Origin: Patescibacteria group bacterium
GTDB lineage: Bacteria; Patescibacteriota; Microgenomatia; UBA12405
Length of the DNA stretch: 64,000 nucleotides
Assembly (NCBI GenBank): GCA_013387215.1
Contig: WARW01000002.1
Location: 3,659-67,658 of the forward strand
Direction: 5' to 3'
The notes under the pieces were generated by a model that saw only the letters and a program-made list of their open reading frames with translations, ran no database searches and was not told where the DNA came from. Position 1 is the stretch's first letter, and each line of letters opens with the position of its first letter. The position numbers and the translations under genes were made by a program. This document shows, in pieces, positions 61,668 through 64,000 of the stretch.

Positions 61668-62624
61668 TTGCTAAAATGGATTATGGAAAACGATTTGAAT
61701 GTGGCGGTACGCCGATTTTTGGAACATTTGGAAATCGAGAAAAACTGTTCAAAATTAACAGTGAGAAATTACGAACATTATTTAAATGTTTTAATAGATT
61801 TTTTGAGTTTAGGAAATTCTGAAGTTAAACCAAAACTTGAAGATTTGACCGCGGACAAAATAAGAAGTTTCAGATTATATTTATCAAGACAAAAAGGTAC
61901 GAATGGTGAAATGAAGTTAGTGACTCAGGGGTATTACGTGATCGCCATTCGTTCATTTTTAAAATGGCTAATAAAAAACGACGTTCAAGTAATGCAACCA
62001 GAAAAGTTGGATGTTCCAAAGACCAAAGATCATTCATTAAAGTTTTTGGACAGTCAGCAGATTGATAGACTTCTAAACCAGCCTTTACTTTCAGACAAGA
62101 ACGGGCTTCGTGATAAGGTGATTTTGGAATTGTTGTTTTCCACAGGCCTACGTGTGTCGGAGTTGGTGTCTTTGAATAGAAATCAAATTAATTTGCACAC
62201 CCGAGAATTTGGAGTAATTGGAAAAGGTGGCCGGTCGAGATTGGTTTTTATTTCTACCACAGCAGCTGGTTATTTGGATCGTTATTTGAAAGCCCGTTCC
62301 GATCAATATAAACCACTTTTTATTCGAACTCTAAAATCTACAGATATAATTTCGGATGATGAAAAAGTGAGACTGACTTCCCGCTCGATTCAAAGATTAG
62401 TCAAAAGATATGTTCATCAAGCGAGGTTGCCAGTTGAAGCGACTCCACATACCCTTAGACATTCGATGGCTACTGACCTTTTGCGGTCTGGTGCCGATTT
62501 AAGATCGGTGCAGGAAATTTTGGGTCATAAAAATATTGCCACGACTCAAATATATACTCACGTTACCGATGCCCGCTTAAGAGAAGTTCATGAGAAGTTC
62601 CATAGTGGTAATAAAAAGACATGA
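61668..62624 (+). CDS. tyrosine site-specific recombinase (XerC/XerD-like)
   Basis: N-terminal SAM-like core-binding domain. Catalytic region with R (GLRVSEL), HTLRHSMAT (H-x-x-R), GHKNIATTQIYTHV (catalytic Tyr). Confidence 0.8.
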   Translation: MLKWIMENDLNVAVRRFLEHLEIEKNCSKLTVRNYEHYLNVLIDFLSLGNSEVKPKLEDLTADKIRSFRLYLSRQKGTNGEMKLVTQGYYVIAIRSFLKWLIKNDVQVMQPEKLDVPKTKDHSLKFLDSQQIDRLLNQPLLSDKNGLRDKVILELLFSTGLRVSELVSLNRNQINLHTREFGVIGKGGRSRLVFISTTAAGYLDRYLKARSDQYKPLFIRTLKSTDIISDDEKVRLTSRSIQRLVKRYVHQARLPVEATPHTLRHSMATDLLRSGADLRSVQEILGHKNIATTQIYTHVTDARLREVHEKFHSGNKKT

Positions 62625-62945
62625 GTAAAATATGTGTATTTATGGTGTCCTATAGTGGAAGGCTTTAGAGAAATAGGTGATGAGTAACAGATATGTCACC
62701 TATCATGAAGATACCCCATTAACTTATGTCCTATCTTAAGGGGTTAACTAAAAATTGAAGCTAATTAGCACTACCCTATTTTGTTTGCTAATTCACATAT
62801 TCGATTTGATGCTGTCTTATAGTATTGGATATATCCCCCACTCTTCTGAAAAATTTCGAATTTGCGGTTTTATATATCAATTTTTTATATAATTTTGATA
62901 CTAAAAATGCCAGGTATTTTGATTGCCTGGCATTTAATTTAGTCA

Positions 62946-64000
62946 TTAACAAGACTTGGTTTCTTCCGCAGGTGCCTCATCGTTCTTTTCCAAGATGGTC
63001 ATGGCATTTAGTTTGTCGTCGTTTGACTTAAACCTCATTAAAATGACGCCTTTGGTGTTTCGACTGAGAGTGGGAATGTTTTTCAAAGGAAGCTTGATGG
63101 TGACAGCTTTCTTGGAAACCAAAATCACCTGATCGTGGATTTCAGAAACAACTTGAGCGGCTGAAATCTTACCGGTTTTTGGAGAGAGATTGGCAACTTT
63201 GATACCAATACCGCCTCGTTTTTGAATTGGGTAAAGATAAACATCGGTTCGTTTACCAATACCATTTTCAGTGACAACAAATAAGTGTCGGAATTGCTTG
63301 ACAGCAGTTTTATCTTTTTTGTTGACTTCGATAGTAGCTGGCACAATGTCCATACTTACCAAGTAATCGTTGTCTTTCAAAAGAATTCCCCGAACGCCGC
63401 GGGTGTGACGACCCATTGGGCGAGTGTCTTTTTCATCAAAGCGGATACATTTGCCGTCGTGAGTAACTAAAAATACTTGGTTGTTACCATCAGTGATTTT
63501 AGCCCAGATCAATTGATCGTTAAGATCAAGTTTGATAGCGGTTAAACCGTTTTGACGAATATTTTTGAATTTATCGATAGAAGTCTTTTTGATAACGCCT
63601 TGTTTGGTGGCCAATAAGATGAATTTACAATTAGAATTCTTGCTGATTGGCAAGACTGTTTGAACAGATTCACCTTGGACAATGTTAATTAAATTAACTA
63701 ATGCCTGACCTTTAGCTTGGCGAGTGCCTTCTGGCAGATCCCAGACTTTGGTTTTGAATACACGACCTTTATTAGTGAAGAACAATAAATCATCATGGGT
63801 GTCGACAGACAACATGGATTCAATTTCATCTTCAACTTTAGTGGTCATGCCAACAACACCAACTCCACCTCGTTTTTGAGTGTGATAAGTTTCTTTTGGA
63901 AGACGTTTAATATAACCAGTTTTAGTTAAAGTTACCAAAACAGCTTCATTTGGAGTTAAATCTTCTTCGCTGAAATCTTCAAGATTTCGAACATAGATTT
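62946..64000 (-). CDS. gyrA: DNA gyrase subunit A, C-terminal beta-pinwheel domain (5'-partial; gene continues beyond the window end)
   Basis: GyrA-box-like QKRGGVGVVG. Repeated blade motifs (GRVFKTKVWDLPEGTRQAKGQALVNL matches GyrA CTD). The reading frame is open to 64000. Confidence 0.75.
   Translation of the reverse strand, partial: IYVRNLEDFSEEDLTPNEAVLVTLTKTGYIKRLPKETYHTQKRGGVGVVGMTTKVEDEIESMLSVDTHDDLLFFTNKGRVFKTKVWDLPEGTRQAKGQALVNLINIVQGESVQTVLPISKNSNCKFILLATKQGVIKKTSIDKFKNIRQNGLTAIKLDLNDQLIWAKITDGNNQVFLVTHDGKCIRFDEKDTRPMGRHTRGVRGILLKDNDYLVSMDIVPATIEVNKKDKTAVKQFRHLFVVTENGIGKRTDVYLYPIQKRGGIGIKVANLSPKTGKISAAQVVSEIHDQVILVSKKAVTIKLPLKNIPTLSRNTKGVILMRFKSNDDKLNAMTILEKNDEAPAEETKSC

Noticed and set aside
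61668-62624. Prophage/integrative element call based on the tyrosine recombinase
   Set aside because: No phage structural, replication or excision genes are nearby, no flanking tRNA, and no attL/attR pair identified. It is left as a Xer-like recombinase with a note in findings.
1-64000. Alternative genetic code (UGA recoded, as in some CPR/Gracilibacteria)
   Set aside because: TGA terminates mreB, the 29185 gene and the 29808 gene in ATGA overlaps, and all conserved housekeeping genes are full length under the standard code. The standard bacterial code applies.

Overview
This 64-kb window is low-GC, gene-dense, and uses TAA, TAG and TGA as stops. Its gene content and order look like a reduced-genome Patescibacteria/CPR-like bacterium (inference only). 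Most of it is housekeeping, and several conserved syntenies anchor the annotation: fmt<>def, mreB-mrdA-dprA-topA, rpsB-tsf-[radical SAM]-frr-rseP, rpsU-yqeY-ybeY-like-dnaX-[large insert]-ybaB-recR, cysS, rpsF-ssb-rpsR, ctpA-htrA, rpmE-prfA-like, hisS with tRNA-His, dnaB, lgt-like/lspA/rluD, yebC, pta, xer and a partial gyrA. There are five tRNAs: Ser-TGA, Thr-GGT, Thr-TGT, His-GTG and Leu-CAA. The non-housekeeping content worth a second look is as follows. (1) A five-gene co-directional operon at 25.4-31.3 kb encodes secreted or membrane-anchored proteins carrying cohesin-like and dockerin-like modules. It includes an LPXTG-anchored cohesin-like protein and an 859-aa Cys-rich modular protein with a dockerin-like tail, which together suggest a cellulosome-style surface assembly. 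(2) A perfect 107-bp direct repeat carrying a consensus sigma70 promoter plus leader is duplicated in front of two diverged small multi-TM proteins. (3) A radical-SAM enzyme sits in the rpsB-tsf-frr operon where pyrH normally is. (4) A class-I release factor lacks domain 1. (5) A CYTH-uridine kinase-CYTH fusion protein. (6) A T-box-like antiterminator leader lies upstream of hisS. (7) A covarying hairpin motif is shared by the dnaX and cysS leaders. (8) A 944-aa membrane protein with a C-terminal C39-like peptidase domain is inserted into the dnaX-ybaB-recR cluster. (9) A soluble VirD4/TraG-like ATPase sits with two small proteins. All functional calls are from motif recognition by eye; no database searches were run.
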